Shown here: piece after piece, positions 11,290-23,759 of the stretch
How the letters are laid out: each line of letters opens with the position of its first letter
How positions within the stretch are numbered: the stretch's first letter is position 1
Assembly: GCF_004010195.1 (NCBI RefSeq)
Contig: NC_057730.1
Coordinates: forward strand, 22,945,258-23,009,257
DNA length: 64,000 bases
Source: Chiloscyllium plagiosum
Taxonomy: Eukaryota
Direction of reading: 5' to 3'
Position numbers and translations under genes: made by a program
The notes under the pieces: generated by a model
What the model was told of the DNA's origin: nothing
The model's database searches: none
Seen by the model: the letters and a program-made list of their open reading frames with translations, nothing else

Positions 11290-11821
11290 TACTTCTTTGA
11301 AAGTAGAATCGCAGGTAGTCAGAGTGATTAAGAAGGTGTTTGACACACTTGCCTTCATTAGTCAGTGCATTGTATATAGGAGTTGGGACACCATTTTGCA
11401 GCTGTACAGGACATTGATGAGGCCACCTTTAGATTTCTGCATTCAGTTCTGGTCTCCCTACTAGTGGAAAGATGTTCTTAATCTTGAAAGGATTCACAGG
11501 GATGGAGGGTTGGAGCTATCGGGAGAGGCTGATTTGGCTGGGGCATTTTTCACTGGAGTGTTGGAGGCTGAGGGATGACCTTATAAAGGTTTATAAAATC
11601 ATGAGGGATATAGAAAGAGTGAATAGTCAAGGTCTTTTCCCCAGAATAGGGGAGTTCAAAACTATAGGGCATAGGTTTAAGGTGGAAGGGGAAAGATTTA
11701 AAAGGGACCTAAGGGGCAACTTCTTCATGCAAAGGATGGTGCATGTATGGAATGAGCTGTCTGAGGTAGTAGTGGAGACAGGTACAATTACAACATTTAA
11801 AAGGCACCTAGATGGGTATAT
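11290..11821 (+). mobile_element. CR1/HER1-like LINE, 3' fragment
   Basis: Peptides LQLYRTLMRPPLDFCIQFWSPY and RLRDDLIKVYKIM...WNEL, typical of the CR1 ORF2 C-terminus. Confidence 0.85.
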
Positions 11822-11899
11822 GTCACCTTGCTTATCTGATATCTTTGTGATATTTGTAGTGTCCTCTACTTGGTTTAATTACCCTCCATTTCCCCATTC

Positions 11900-13020
11900 C
11901 CCATTAGCAACTTCCGAGTAGCTTCCTTCAAATGTCCTACACTCACTCTAGCTGGTCTTTCTTCTTAGATACCTATCGAGGCTGTGCTGTTGTTTCTATA
12001 TTCTTGCCAATTTACTTTCATAATCCATTTTTTACAGTCTGGCCATCTGTTACTGGTTCCTCAAAGAATTCAGTCTTCTGACCTATCACAAGTTTTTGCT
12101 GCTGTTATATCTTAGTTTTTGATTGAAACTTTCCTTGACCACTTTGTTAACCATGGACAGTTCATCTTTCTCATCAAGTCCTTCTTTTTGACTGGAATAA
12201 ATACATTTTTGCTGAACGTTATGAAATATCTGCTTAAATGTCTGCTTATTTACTGACTTTCTCTTTGTCCCAGCCTGCTTTAGACTGTCTTCATACCTCT
12301 GTAATTGTCCTTATTTAAGTTGAGGAAACTGGTTTGCGATCTGATTTGCTCTCCCTCAGATTTTACCAGGCTGCGATTGCAACCCCCCAAAAGATCCTTA
12401 GCATCTCTCCTTAATCCCACCTCTTTACACATTACTAGACCTAAAATAGTCTGTTCTCAGCTAAATTGTGCAATCTATTGCTCCAAGAAACAATCCCTGA
12501 TGGATTCTACAAAATTGTCTTCCAACTATTGCTATTCTGATTTGTCCAGTCAATGTACAGATTAGAATCATCCATGACAATTGTGGTGCCCTTAAATGCC
12601 CTCCATTATTTCCAGGATTCCTATTTTGCCCTATAACAAGATAAGCCTTTGGGAACCTATAGATGACTTCATTCATGTAGGAGAAAGTGAGGACTGCAGA
12701 CGCTGGCGATCAGAGTCAACAGTATAGTGCTGAAAAAACACAGCAGGTCAGGCATTATCCGAGCAGCAGCAGAATCAATGTTTCGGGCATAAGCCCTTCA
12801 TCAGGAAAGAAGGGTTTATGCCCGAAATGTTGATTCTCCTACTCGGTTGCTGCCTGACCTGCTCTCGACTATGACTTCATTCATGACAAATTTTCCTTTG
12901 TTATTCCTCCTAGCCATCCAAATTGATTCCATGTCACAATCTATTGTGCCTATGTTGCTATTCACCACTACGCTGAAAGTGGTTCCCCACCTTTTTTCGT
13001 TTTGCCTCTTCTTTTCTTTC
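11900..13020 (-). mobile_element. Old decayed CR1-like LINE fragment, interrupted by a Penelope unit
   Basis: Diverged similarity to the ORF2 N-terminal region of the other CR1 copies in the window; boundaries approximate. Confidence 0.5.
12678..12870. mobile_element. Penelope family A short fold-back insertion
   Basis: Complete 3' terminus plus inverted partial copy. TSD ATGACTTCATTCATG at 12663-12677 and 12871-12885. Confidence 0.85.
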
Positions 13021-14267
13021 CCCAGGACATCAAATACCCTTGATGCCCAAAAATTGGCAGAGACAGAGACAGATAATAGTGAATAGTAAGTTAATAGGTT
13101 AAATTCCTGAAATGAAAAAACAGTTGAAATCAGGATTGCAATGCATAAATTATTGTAAATAAGGTTTTGAGTTAGGAGTACAGACTCCCATATGAAATTA
13201 TGGTGTTGTAGCTATGGCTTTAATTGGATCGAGGAAAGGCAGGTCTGGACATCAAACATTCCTGGTTAGAATGTGTTTATAAAAGATAGGAGAGGAAGAA
13301 CAAATGAAGGATGGTATTATTGGTTAAGGACAAACAGTATTGCTGCAGAAAGAGGATCATGGAAATATAAAGTACAGAAGAGGCTCTATGGCCCATTGAG
13401 TCTGTCGTACAACCAAAAATATACTGCTACCTATGCTAGTCCCACCTTCTTGCACAAGCCCATAACATTGAATGTTACAACACTTCAAGTGTCCATCCAA
13501 GTACTTTTTAAAGGTATGCTGAAATTCAGTTTCATGTCTTCATTAAAGTCATGTTTGCTGGTGCAAGTTATGACAATGTTTTTCAGATGACATGAACTTC
13601 TGACATTATCTATTTTTATTCCAGTGTTGCGTTGTTCGTTTGCATTTCTAAGGATGCTGGACATTTCATTAAACATGGAATGATATTGCTTAGAAATTGC
13701 AACAGATTTACATATTCTCCCCAGGGTGAATAAACCGTTGGGTTTCGCACTCCTGATGTCAGTGAAGTGATGATGAATCAGAAATATTTGGAAATTCTAT
13801 ATGTAACTGTGGGCAAGGACTGGATTGTATTTGTTAATGATGTCCTTCCCACTCATTGTCCAGGCTGCCCTTGTGGTTATATATGGAGGGAATGGAGTGA
13901 TGGCACTTCTCAGTATGGATCTCTGGGTTGGGTAAAGATTGTGGCAATTTGAGCACAGGAAAGTCATGCAGTGAACCTTGAATTAAGATTTGAAATGCAA
14001 AGACCAATATCACAGATCTAGCTGTTATCAAAACTTAAAATGTGTATGTGACTTATTTTCTATTGTACATGGAATTAATTTTAAAAAAATAGTAGTGGTG
14101 CCAACTTAAGACTGATAGGATGAATTTCTTCCCTGTGTTATGAGTCTTTGGAATACCTTGCCACGTAAAGCTGTGGGGGCAGAGTCTTTATGTATATTTA
14201 AGACTGAGATACATTATTGATCAGTGTGAAATGAAGGAAAAGGCAGGAAAGACATGAGTAAAGTCAG

Positions 14268-15053
14268 CTAGGAGAAAGTGAGGACTGCAGATGCTGGAGA
14301 TCAGAGCTGAAAAATGTGTTGCTGGAAAAGCGCAGCAGGTCAGGCAGCATCCAAGGAGCAGGAGAATCGATGTTTCGGGCATAGGCCCTTCAGGAATGAG
14401 GAAGGTGTGCCAAGCAGGCTAAGATAAAAGGTAGGGAGGAGGGACTTGGGGGAGGGGTGTTGGGAATGCGATAGTTGGAAGGAGGTTAAGGTGAGGGTGA
14501 TAGGCCAGAGTGGGGGTGGGGGCGGAGAGGTCAGGAAGAAGATTGCAGGTTAGGAAGGCGGTGCTGAGTTCGAGGGATTTGAGTGAGACAAGGTGGGGGG
14601 AGGGGAAATGAGGAAACTGGAGAAATCTGAGTTCATCCTTTTGTGGTTGGAGGGTTCCTAGGCGGAAGATGAGGCGCTCTTCCTCCAACCGTCGTGTTGC
14701 TATCGTCTGGCGATGGAGGAGTCCAAGGACCTGCACGTCCTCAGTGGAGTGGGAGGGGGAGTTGAAGTGTTGAGCCACGGGGTGGTTGGGTTGATGTGGC
14801 TTCCTCTATATTGGGGAGACAGGCCACCTACTTGCGGAACGTTTCAGAGAACACCTCTGGGACACCCGCACCAACCAACCTATCGATCTTAAGTTGGCAC
14901 CACTACTATTAACCTCCTTCCACCTATCACATTCGCAACACCCCTCCCCCAATTCCCTCCTCCCTACCTTTTTACCTTAGCTTGCTTGATAAGGGCTTAT
15001 GTCCGAAACGTCGATTCTCCGGTTCATTGGATGCTGCCTGACCTGCTGCGCTT
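14268..15053. mobile_element. Composite Penelope family A insertion (inversion plus captured flank)
   Basis: Minus copy 14270-14793, plus-strand GIY-YIG piece LYIGETGHLLAERFREH (~14795-14880), and plus 3'UTR 14911-15053. TSD TGAGTAAAGTCAG at 14255-14267 and 15054-15066. Confidence 0.85.
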
Positions 15054-15883
15054 TGAGTAAAGTCAGGTCAGCTATGATCCTATTGATTGACAGAGCAAGT
15101 TTAAATGCCAAATGGCCACTCCTGTTCTAATTTCTTAAGGTCTTCATAGAATCTGTTTTGGTGTCTGCAGCAATGCACCAGATGAGTGTTAAGATGCTAA
15201 CACTTTGTGGTTCTCCTATTCAGTCCCTCTAGGGGGAGCTGATTTACAATATATGTTGATGTTAAACTCTAATTTTGGGATAAGGGATAGAACATTTTTT
15301 AATTCAAACTGAGCAAATGCTAAAGCATGTTTAGAGTGCATGAGAGAAAGGGTACAGGCAAACCTCTTAATTGTATCCCCAAAAGGGTTATACCACAGCC
15401 CCATGTGGAAATCTCTCTTGACAACATGGTCAAACCGAGTGACTTTGATCATGATAAAGTACAAGTGCAAATTCCATTTCTCCATCTCTACTTGCTGCAT
15501 GGAACCACAATGTAATTAACTTAATCCACAATAATTAACATGATCACTTGTGTTCTTGAACAGAGGTCGCTATAATTCTCTGTAAAAACAAGGAGACCAC
15601 TAGAAGCAGAGCCTACTGGTATTGTTCATCCCTCACACACCTGCCAGTCAGGAATACATTTCTCTTACCTTTCCGTTTATGCTTGTAGCATTGACAATGT
15701 CATTAAATTAAGCCATGCACTTAGCTTCTGTGAGAGGTGGATGTCGAAATGTATCAACATGAAAGTTAATAGTTGAAGAGGCAACCTATGCTGTTGCCCT
15801 GTGGAATCGGGAAGTCCTACTTGTTGTGACTTGGGGAAAATGATAATTGTCGTTTGTTGAATATATCTCACTTTGCTTTACAG

Positions 15884-15988
15884 ATGCAATGACAAGACAT
15901 CTAGCAGCAGAATGGGGACCTGATAACATTCGCATTAATAATCTGGCACCAGGACCCATATCTGGAACTGAAGGCTTTCGGAAATTGG
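15884..15988 (+). CDS. DECR2: DECR2 coding exon 7
   Basis: [35 protein letters not shown]; tttacag| and G|GTAAAG. Confidence 0.97.
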
Positions 15989-16136
15989 GTAAAGAACTAT
16001 GTATCTCTAATGAGACCAGTGCTCTAATAATCAGACCTGTAAATGTCAACAGTATCATAAAACAGGCAGATCACATGCACATAAGAATGTGTTTTTTTTT
16101 TCCCCCTAATCCTCTTTCTGGCTGTTCCCTCATCAG

Positions 16137-16354
16137 GTGGTTTGACAAAGGCAGTGGCAAGCCTGGATAAACTTATTCCGCTGCAACGAGTTGGGACAAA
16201 GTCAGAAGTAGCCCACGGTGTGCTTTATCTTGTAAGCCCGGCAGCATCATATGTGACTGGCGCAACACTTGTAATTGATGGTGGACATTGGCTAACAGGA
16301 GCCAACAACCTGTCAGTGATGCAGGCACTCCTGCAAAAATCAGCCAGACTGTAA
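16137..16354 (+). CDS. DECR2: DECR2 final coding exon with PTS1 (-ARL)
   Basis: [53 protein letters not shown]...QKSARL*. The eight exons sum to 888 nt (295 aa plus stop). Confidence 0.97.
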
Positions 16355-16422
16355 ATGCTGTTGAGGTGGATGATGTCTGTTTCTAAAGAGAATTGATCAA
16401 TACTGTGAAGGTTTTCCTTATT

Positions 16423-16428
16423 AATAAA
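16423..16428 (+). terminator. Candidate DECR2 polyadenylation signal
   Basis: AATAAA about 70 nt after the stop codon. Confidence 0.5.
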
Positions 16429-18672
16429 ATATACAGTAACAGTATATGCATATGTGTACATTTTCACAGCTGAAAGGATGGACAGGCATTCTGAGCTAGC
16501 CTTGCCACTCTTTTTCGCTCTTTTAATATCTGACAGCACACAAGGACAGCTTCTGCTGTAGTTATCTACTGAGCTGTTTCACTAAGGTTCAACTGATCAA
16601 CACTTGATAAACAATCGTCACTCATCACCAACATCATCATACATTTGAGACACTGATTTTATGCTAACTCTGGCCACCAGCCAGTAAATGGAGTGCACTT
16701 CTCTATACATGCTGTGCAATATTTTCAGAGTTGTTTCGGCGTTTGTTTAGTATCGAAAATATGGCTGGTGGTTTATTGTATGCTGCATGGTCTTGTTATG
16801 TTTTGTAGTTATTTTGAGTGAGCTGCCATAACTATTGTTCACATGACTAAAGCCCAACTGTTCACCAAACCAAGGTCCAGTATCAGATTTGCCTCATTTG
16901 TAAACCGATAAAGAATTTGTCACTGATTTGAAAATTGTGGATTCAAACCCTACTCTGGAATTTTAAGGCATGACCTTGGCTAAACCTTCTGTGTTAACAG
17001 AGGTATGCCATCTTTGGACAAGATGGTAAAGTGAGGTTAATGCACCAATTGAACTGGATATTTAATCTCTACAGCAGAATATATACCATGAAAAATATCC
17101 ACTTGGCTAATTCACTTGCTTTTGTTTCTGTGATCTCTGAATTGCTCTGGGAAGTTTATAAATGTTGGCCTATAAATGCAAGTTGTGTGTGGAGCCCTTG
17201 CACCCATGGAATAACAGAACAGTTCAGAGTTATTTCCTTGTTTTTCCTTTGTAATTTGCTTTGGGATTTGCTAAGGATCGAGATTTAATAAGAGAAAAGC
17301 AGGATCAAACTGTCCTCTAAGTCACCAGACATTCCAAGTTCTCCTCCAGTGCTAAAGAGAAGTAGAGAAGATCATCCTGTCCTTGCTTTTACTCTGGTTA
17401 GACGAATAGAAAAGCAGAATACTGCAATTGCTGAATGTTTTAAATAAGAATAGAAAATGCTGCAAATATCAGGTAAGGCAGCAGTTATGGTTTAAGAAAA
17501 GTACAATTGATGGTTGAGATTGATGACTTCTCATCAGAGTTAGTTATTAGATATGTAACAGCTAATAGAGGAAAAATGGATCGGGGAAGAAAGAACCAAA
17601 ATGAAGGTCTGTGATAGGATGGAAGACAGGAGTGATTTAATAATACAGTACAAGGCATAATGGTGCAAGAGTAAGCTGGTTGGAAACTGGGGCTGAACCT
17701 GATAGCTAGATAATGTAGACCATTGCCAGCAGTCAATGAGGGAGGAAATTGTAACTCTTCCCCACTTTTCCAATGCCAGCTGGACCAATGATTGGAAGAA
17801 GGATCCAGCCATGTTTCAAGAGGTCAATCATACAAGGAATAGCTTTCGTCCATGTTGATGTCAAGTGCTCATTCGACCTGTGCAGCTGAATTAGAATGTG
17901 GAGTTTTAGTCTGAATGAAATAAATGAAGTAAAAACAAAGCAAATAAATTATGGCAATCTGAATTAAAAATTGAAATGCATACTAGTCAGCTAATGCCTG
18001 AAAAAGGAGGCGAGTTGATTTTTATTCAAGATGTTTTAGCAATAATGGTGGTAAAGAAAGGAGAACCTCCTGTAAAAAGTCAAAATACCATAATAGAATT
18101 GGTAAGTCCATAGATTTTTTTAAACATTTTCCACAAAAATGCAAGTAATTGATTAGTTTTTGAACAGGTTTTAGGCTGCAGTTAAGAGGTGTAAAGGCTC
18201 AGTCTGACAAATAAAGCAGGAGTCATACATTTATTGATTAAAAGATGTTGTCTGTGAAATATTCTGTAGACACTTGACCAGTTTATAATCATAAAATGCG
18301 CTTACCCAGCTGCCGTTACTGTATGGGACAAACAAAGGACTATAGTTCAAATTTTATTAAAACACTGGCAAATTAAAGAAAACAACTCTTACACAATGGT
18401 AATTTTTCTTAAACTAGGCAGGCTGCCTGAAAAAGTACTCTCCGCTCTGGTGAACTTCTTTGGGCTGCTGGATCCAATTGACTGGGCATTTAGGGCCTTA
18501 TTTGTTTGAAAGTGGGTTTCTCAGTTATTGCTGGTCAGGAATGCTTACCAAGTGTCCCTTCTTATTTCCCCTTTCCGAACCCTCCTGGAATAATCTGACT
18601 TCAGTCAATGGAACCACAAGGCAGGAGTTAGGCCAGGTTATCATCTTTCCAAGATATGGAAAAGGAAATGTT

Positions 18673-20302
18673 GAAAAGGTCATGAAAGATATAGAATGTA
18701 GGGAAATAGATGGTGACATCTTCAAAAATGTCCATATTACAGAGGAAGAAGTGCTGGATGTCTTGAAACAAATAAAAGTGAATAAATCCCCAGGACTTGA
18801 TCAGGTATACCCTAGAACTCTATGGGAATCTAGAGAAGTGGTTGCTGGGCCCCTTGCTGAGATATTTATATCATCGATAGTCACATGTGAAGTGCCAGAA
18901 GACGAGAGGTTGACTAATGTGTTTAAGAAAGGTGGTAAGGACAAGCCAGGGAACTATAGACAAGTGAGCCTGACATCGGTAGTGGGCAAGTTGTTGAAGG
19001 GAATCCTGAGGGACAGGATGTACATGTCTTTGGAAAGGCAAGGGCGGATTAGGGATAGTCAACATGGCTTTGTGTGTGGGAAATCATGTCTCTCAAACTT
19101 GATTGAGTTTTTTGAAGAAAAAACAAAGGGGATTGATGAGGGCAGAGCGGTAGATGTGATCTATATGGACTTCAGTAAGGCGTTTGACAAGATTCCCAAT
19201 GGGAGACTAGTTAGCAAGGTTAGATCTCATGGAATACAGGGAGAACTAACCATTTGGATACAGAACTGAATCAAAGGTAGAAGACAGAGGGTAGTGGTGG
19301 AGGGTTGTTTTTCAGACTGGAGGCCTGTGACCAGTGGACTGCCACAAGGATCGGTGCTGGTTCCACTACTTTTCATCATTTATATAAATGATTTGGATGT
19401 GAGCATAAGAGGTATAGTTAGTAAGTTTGCAGATGACACCAAAAGTGGAGGTGTAGTGGACAGTAAAGAAGGTTGCCTCAGATTACAACGGGATCTTGAT
19501 CAGATGGGCCAAAGAGCTGAGAATTAGCAGATGGAGTTTAATTTAGATAAATGGGAAATGCTACATTTTGGGAAAGCAAATCTTAGCAGGACTTATACAC
19601 TTAATGGTAAGGTCCTATGGAGTGTAGCTGAGCAAAGAGACCTTGGCATGCAGGTTCATAGCTCCTTGGAAATTAGAGTCACATGTAGATAGGATAGTGA
19701 AGATGGTGTTTGGTGTTCACTGGTCAGAGTACTGAATATAGGAGTTGGGAGGTCATGTTGCAGCTGTACAGGACATTGGTTGGAATATTGTGTGCGATTC
19801 TGGTCCCCTTCCTATTGGAAATATGTTGTGAAACTTGAAATTGTTCAGGAAAAGATTTACACTGACGTTTCCAGGGTTGGAGGATTTGAGTTATAGGGAG
19901 AGGCTGAATAGGCTGGGGCTGTTTTCCCTGGAGCGTGGGGGCTGAGGGGTGACTTCATAGAGGTTTATAAAATCATGAGAGGCATGGATAGCATAAATCG
20001 ACAAAATCTTTTCCCTGGGGTGGGGGAGTCCAGAACAAGAGGGCATAGGTTTAGGGGGACAGGGGAAAGATATAAAAGAGACCTAAGGGACAACTTTTTC
20101 ATGCAGAGGGTGGTACATGTATGAATGAGCTGCCAGAGGAAGTGGTGGAGGCTAGTACAATCACAACATTTAAAGGCATCTGGATAGGAATATGAATAAG
20201 AAGGGTTTGGAGGGATTTGTGCTGGATGCTGGCAGGTGGGACTAGATTGGGTTGGGATATCTGGATGGCATAGACGAGTTTCCGTGCTGTACATCTATCT
20301 AT
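18673..20302 (+). mobile_element. CR1/HER1-like LINE, 5'-truncated, with RT domain
   Basis: Peptides KSPGLDQVYPR, PGNYRQVSLTSV, SQHGF, DFSKAFDK, PQGSVL, KFADD; 3' tail ...CCGTGCTGTACATCT. Confidence 0.93.
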
Positions 20303-21289
20303 ATGGTTACTCCATGCTGCCAAGGGGTCTGGCCAAAACTGGGTAATATGCAATCAATGTTTCTCCCTATTATTATGGCACAGTACCTCTTAAGGAGTTT
20401 GGGGTTCTGGACTCTATTGAATTCAACACTTTCAAATTATGAATCCATTCCTTCCCTTTCTTTTAGCTTTGCTTATTACGTTCTCCGTCACCCTCTCTTC
20501 CCTTCACTTACGTCTTCTTTCCAGTCTGGCAGTCTTCCATTACGATCACTTATTCTGAACAATTGACATCCTTTCTTCCCCAGCACTCCAACCACCCCCT
20601 CAGTATTGCTTAAATGTTGCCCCCTTCACATTTCACTTCAGCTCTGATAAAGCGACATTTAGACTCAATGTTAGCTTGTTTTCTCTCCATGGATACTGCC
20701 TGACCAATTGTGATCTCCAGCATTTTCTGTTTCCAGCTCTCCTGTTGTTTAACATACAGTAAAAGTCTGGGCCGATCCTCATTTGCTTTGTCCTATGGAA
20801 ACTTTGGCCTCTTTGCATGCCATTGGGCTTTGCTTGCAGAAACTGTTTAGCCAGTTTTATATTTATTATTGAAGAGTGTTGAGATTTGAAACTGTTAAGA
20901 CAGCAAGGACTGTAAGATGTCTAGGACAAATACACTGACACACTTCCTGAATCTTGTTGGAGCAGTCTAGGGTACTAAACGTGGAACTGCAAGGACAAAT
21001 GTAGTGGTCATGTATAGGATGTTCAGGGTCACAATTATGGACAGAATATTGACATTAAACAACATATTTGGATCTTGTTAATACATGAGTTTATCAGTTT
21101 GGAGGTGATATGTACAATTTATTATATTACATGGAAAAACAATATGGAATTTCATGAGACATAGCAAATTGGACTGGTGGATCTGATACATTTGTAAGAG
21201 AAGTGTTTGGATAAAACTTGAAGATTTAAGGAGGAAGTTGTGGCAAAATAATTTTCTTACCATTTACCGTACCCTTGGCCCTCAATTTT

Positions 21290-21790
21290 GTAGATCTCAG
21301 TCTCCTCTGTTCCAATAAAACAACCTTAGTCTATCCAATAATAATCTCTCTTCATAACTAAAACTGTCTAGCCCAGGCAACACCTTGATGAATCTCCTTT
21401 GCACCCTCCCCAGTGCAATCATACCTCTCCTGTAATGTGGATGCAACTGCATACAACTCTTTAGCTGTGGCCTAACCAACATTTTGTAGTTTCAGCATCA
21501 TTTCTGCTCTTAAGCTCTAATCATCGCCTAATAAAAGTAAGTATTCTGTATGCCTGAATCTACTGTCCTTAAGAGATTGGTGGATAGGCACACTAAGATC
21601 CCTCTGATCCTCAACACGTCCCAGGGACCTACTATTCATTATGTATTCCTGTTCCTTGTCCTGTCCCAGTGCATCACCTTACACTTCTATGGATTGAATT
21701 TCATTTGCCACTGATCAGCCCAAGTGGCCAACCTGTCTATATTCTCCTGTAATTTAAGGAAATTCAACTCACTATTTACTACTCCACCAA
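21290..21790 (-). mobile_element. Old CR1-like LINE fragment
   Basis: Minus-strand peptide LVRPQL...VQRRFIKVLPGLDSFSYEERL. Confidence 0.7.
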
Positions 21791-22337
21791 TTTTTGCATT
21801 ATCCATGAACTTATTAACCCTCCTCCACAATCACAGTAAAGCCAGTAAAAATAATCAAATCACAGCTGAGGTAGAAAATACTCGAGGTTGTCCCAACCCA
21901 CTTAGACATTGCAGTGATACAAAATGTTTTCCCCTTACAGCCTCTGCATGGCTTCCAGCAAAGCGTATACGGTTCTGGTAAAGGGCTGCTGTCAGCATTG
22001 CTCTCCCAACTCAAATGAAAGGAGGTCGACTCAAAAACACACAAGCAATGGTATTCTCAACCAACAACATTTGGAAATGGTGAGCTTTCTCCAGTCTAAT
22101 GAAGGAAAGCGAACTGGGCCCAGTGAAACATCCATTAAAGAGGGGGTCCTACCGCATAACCCATGAAGACACCGTGGATTTGTAAAGTCTGAAACTAAAG
22201 TATAATATGTTGGAAATACTGACAATATGTATGGAGAGAGAAAAACAGGGTTAAAGTATCAAAACTCTCAAGAACCTTGATGAACTCTCGTTTCTCAACC
22301 ACTAACACTAGAAATAGGTCGCACCTCTTCCCAAGTA

Positions 22338-22550
22338 AACCAATAAGAGGTTGGTTTAACCTCTCCAGCAGCATTTAACCAATAAGAGCGAGAGCTGGTG
22401 CCTTAAATCTCTTGGCCGCATTTGACCCACATGTTACGTTCTTTATGATGCAATGGCGCAGTTTCAGGTGAATGTTCAGTGCACGTTTTGGCGGGTTTTA
22501 TTTGCGGGGAGGGGGATAAGGATGTGTTCTAAGAATTATGACGTTTCAAA
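22338..22550. promoter_or_regulatory. Orphan promoter-like motif cluster upstream of RAB11FIP3
   Basis: AACCAATAAGAG twice (22338-22349, 22377-22388), C/EBP-ATF element TGATGCAAT (22446-22454), E2F-like TTTTGGCGGG (22486-22495), TGACGT (22539-22544) and reverse CHR TTCAAA (22545-22550). CpG is locally elevated. Confidence 0.55.
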
Positions 22551-23444
22551 CGTTTACTTTATTATAGATGCAGCAGTTGGTGGGACACTAAGTAACGAAA
22601 CTGGTGATAGTTGATTTTGTATTGTTTAAATTTTCCCCATTCCGTCTCTGCTGAAATTGGGATGGTAACCTTTTTAGGCAGCTTCAATTTAAGATGAGGA
22701 GTTGTAACTTTAATATTTTTACCCCCAATAATCTGTCGTAGGAGTTCGAACCTTCTTGAGCCTTTGGGGAGGGGGAACGGGGGTCGAGTCTCAAGATCCT
22801 GGTGCTGTCAAGTAGTTTGGATTTAGACTATGGATACTCAAAGTAAATTAAAATCCGTCTGGAGGTACTACACCTGGAGATTCTGAAACGGGCTGGGGAC
22901 CTTTTGAGAAGAAGCGCTAATGACTTTGGACACAGCCATCTATGTGTTGTTGGTGAGGATTGGTGTCGACTTAGAGCAGATAACTGCTATTTTTAGAAAT
23001 TAACTGAATTGCACGTTTACAGAGATGGGACATTGGAGTGTACTTAAAAAAAAAACCAGGAACTTGAGCTGGATTTGTTCGTTTGGGGAAATGCCATATG
23101 TCGAAACTAATCAAAATATTTGTTCGCATTACATTCTATAGTTGAGGGTTACCATCTTTTTCCTATGTCGAATGGCACCCCAAGTTGGGAGGTGGTGGTA
23201 TCATGGTAATGCTAGTGGTCTAGTAATCTCGAAGTCCAGGTTAAGGGTTTGGATTCCGTTCACAAATTTTGGTTTAAACTGATTAGCAAACAAAGCAAGA
23301 TGATGAGGAGGAAACAAAGTTTCGTACAGGGTGTGGAATGTATTGCCTGGAAATCTGGTGAAGGTATAGTCAATAAAGACGTTCAAAAGGGCATTGGATT
23401 TTTATTTTGAATATCGATACTGCGCAGGGATATGACTTGGGGGT

Positions 23445-23648
23445 ACCGGTGTTGAACTGGGGTGGACAAAGTTTTTTTAAAAATTACACAACACCCGGTT
23501 ATAGTCCAACAGGTGTTTTTTAGGAAGCACGAGCTTTCGGAGCGCTGCTCTACACAACCACCTGATGAAGGAGCAGCGCTCCGAATGCTCGTGCTTCCAA
23601 ATAAACCTATTGGACTATAACCAGGTATTGTATAACTTTTAACTTCAT
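23445..23648. mobile_element. Penelope family B short palindromic unit
   Basis: Inverted arms TTATAGTCCAACAGG...GAGCGCTGCTC and GAGCAGCGCTC...TTGGACTATAA. Hammerhead-like CTGATGA core at 23562, with GAAA mutated to GAAT. Confidence 0.8.
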
Positions 23649-23759
23649 ACAGGGGTATGGGGGGGGGAAAGTCAGGGAGACTGCCACGAGATAATAGAGC
23701 TGGCAGGGGACACAATGGGCCGACTAATTTCCTTCTGCACCATATTCTGTAAACAGTGC

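Noticed and set aside
17735-17910. Minus-strand peptide with P-loop-like IIGPAGIGK
   Set aside because: Lacks the S/T after GK, ends in a stop within a few codons and has no supporting exons; likely chance.
18540-18605. Minus-strand IIPGGFGK resembling a CTP synthase motif
   Set aside because: Flanked by in-frame stops, with no further similarity.
18460-19269. 269-aa ORF fusing unique sequence to an RT domain
   Set aside because: It starts at a non-ATG codon. From ~18673 it is an ordinary truncated CR1 with downstream stops, and the upstream open stretch has no recognisable motif.
22735-22760. B-box-like AGTTCGAACC suggesting a tRNA gene
   Set aside because: No A-box or cloverleaf; at most a SINE relic.
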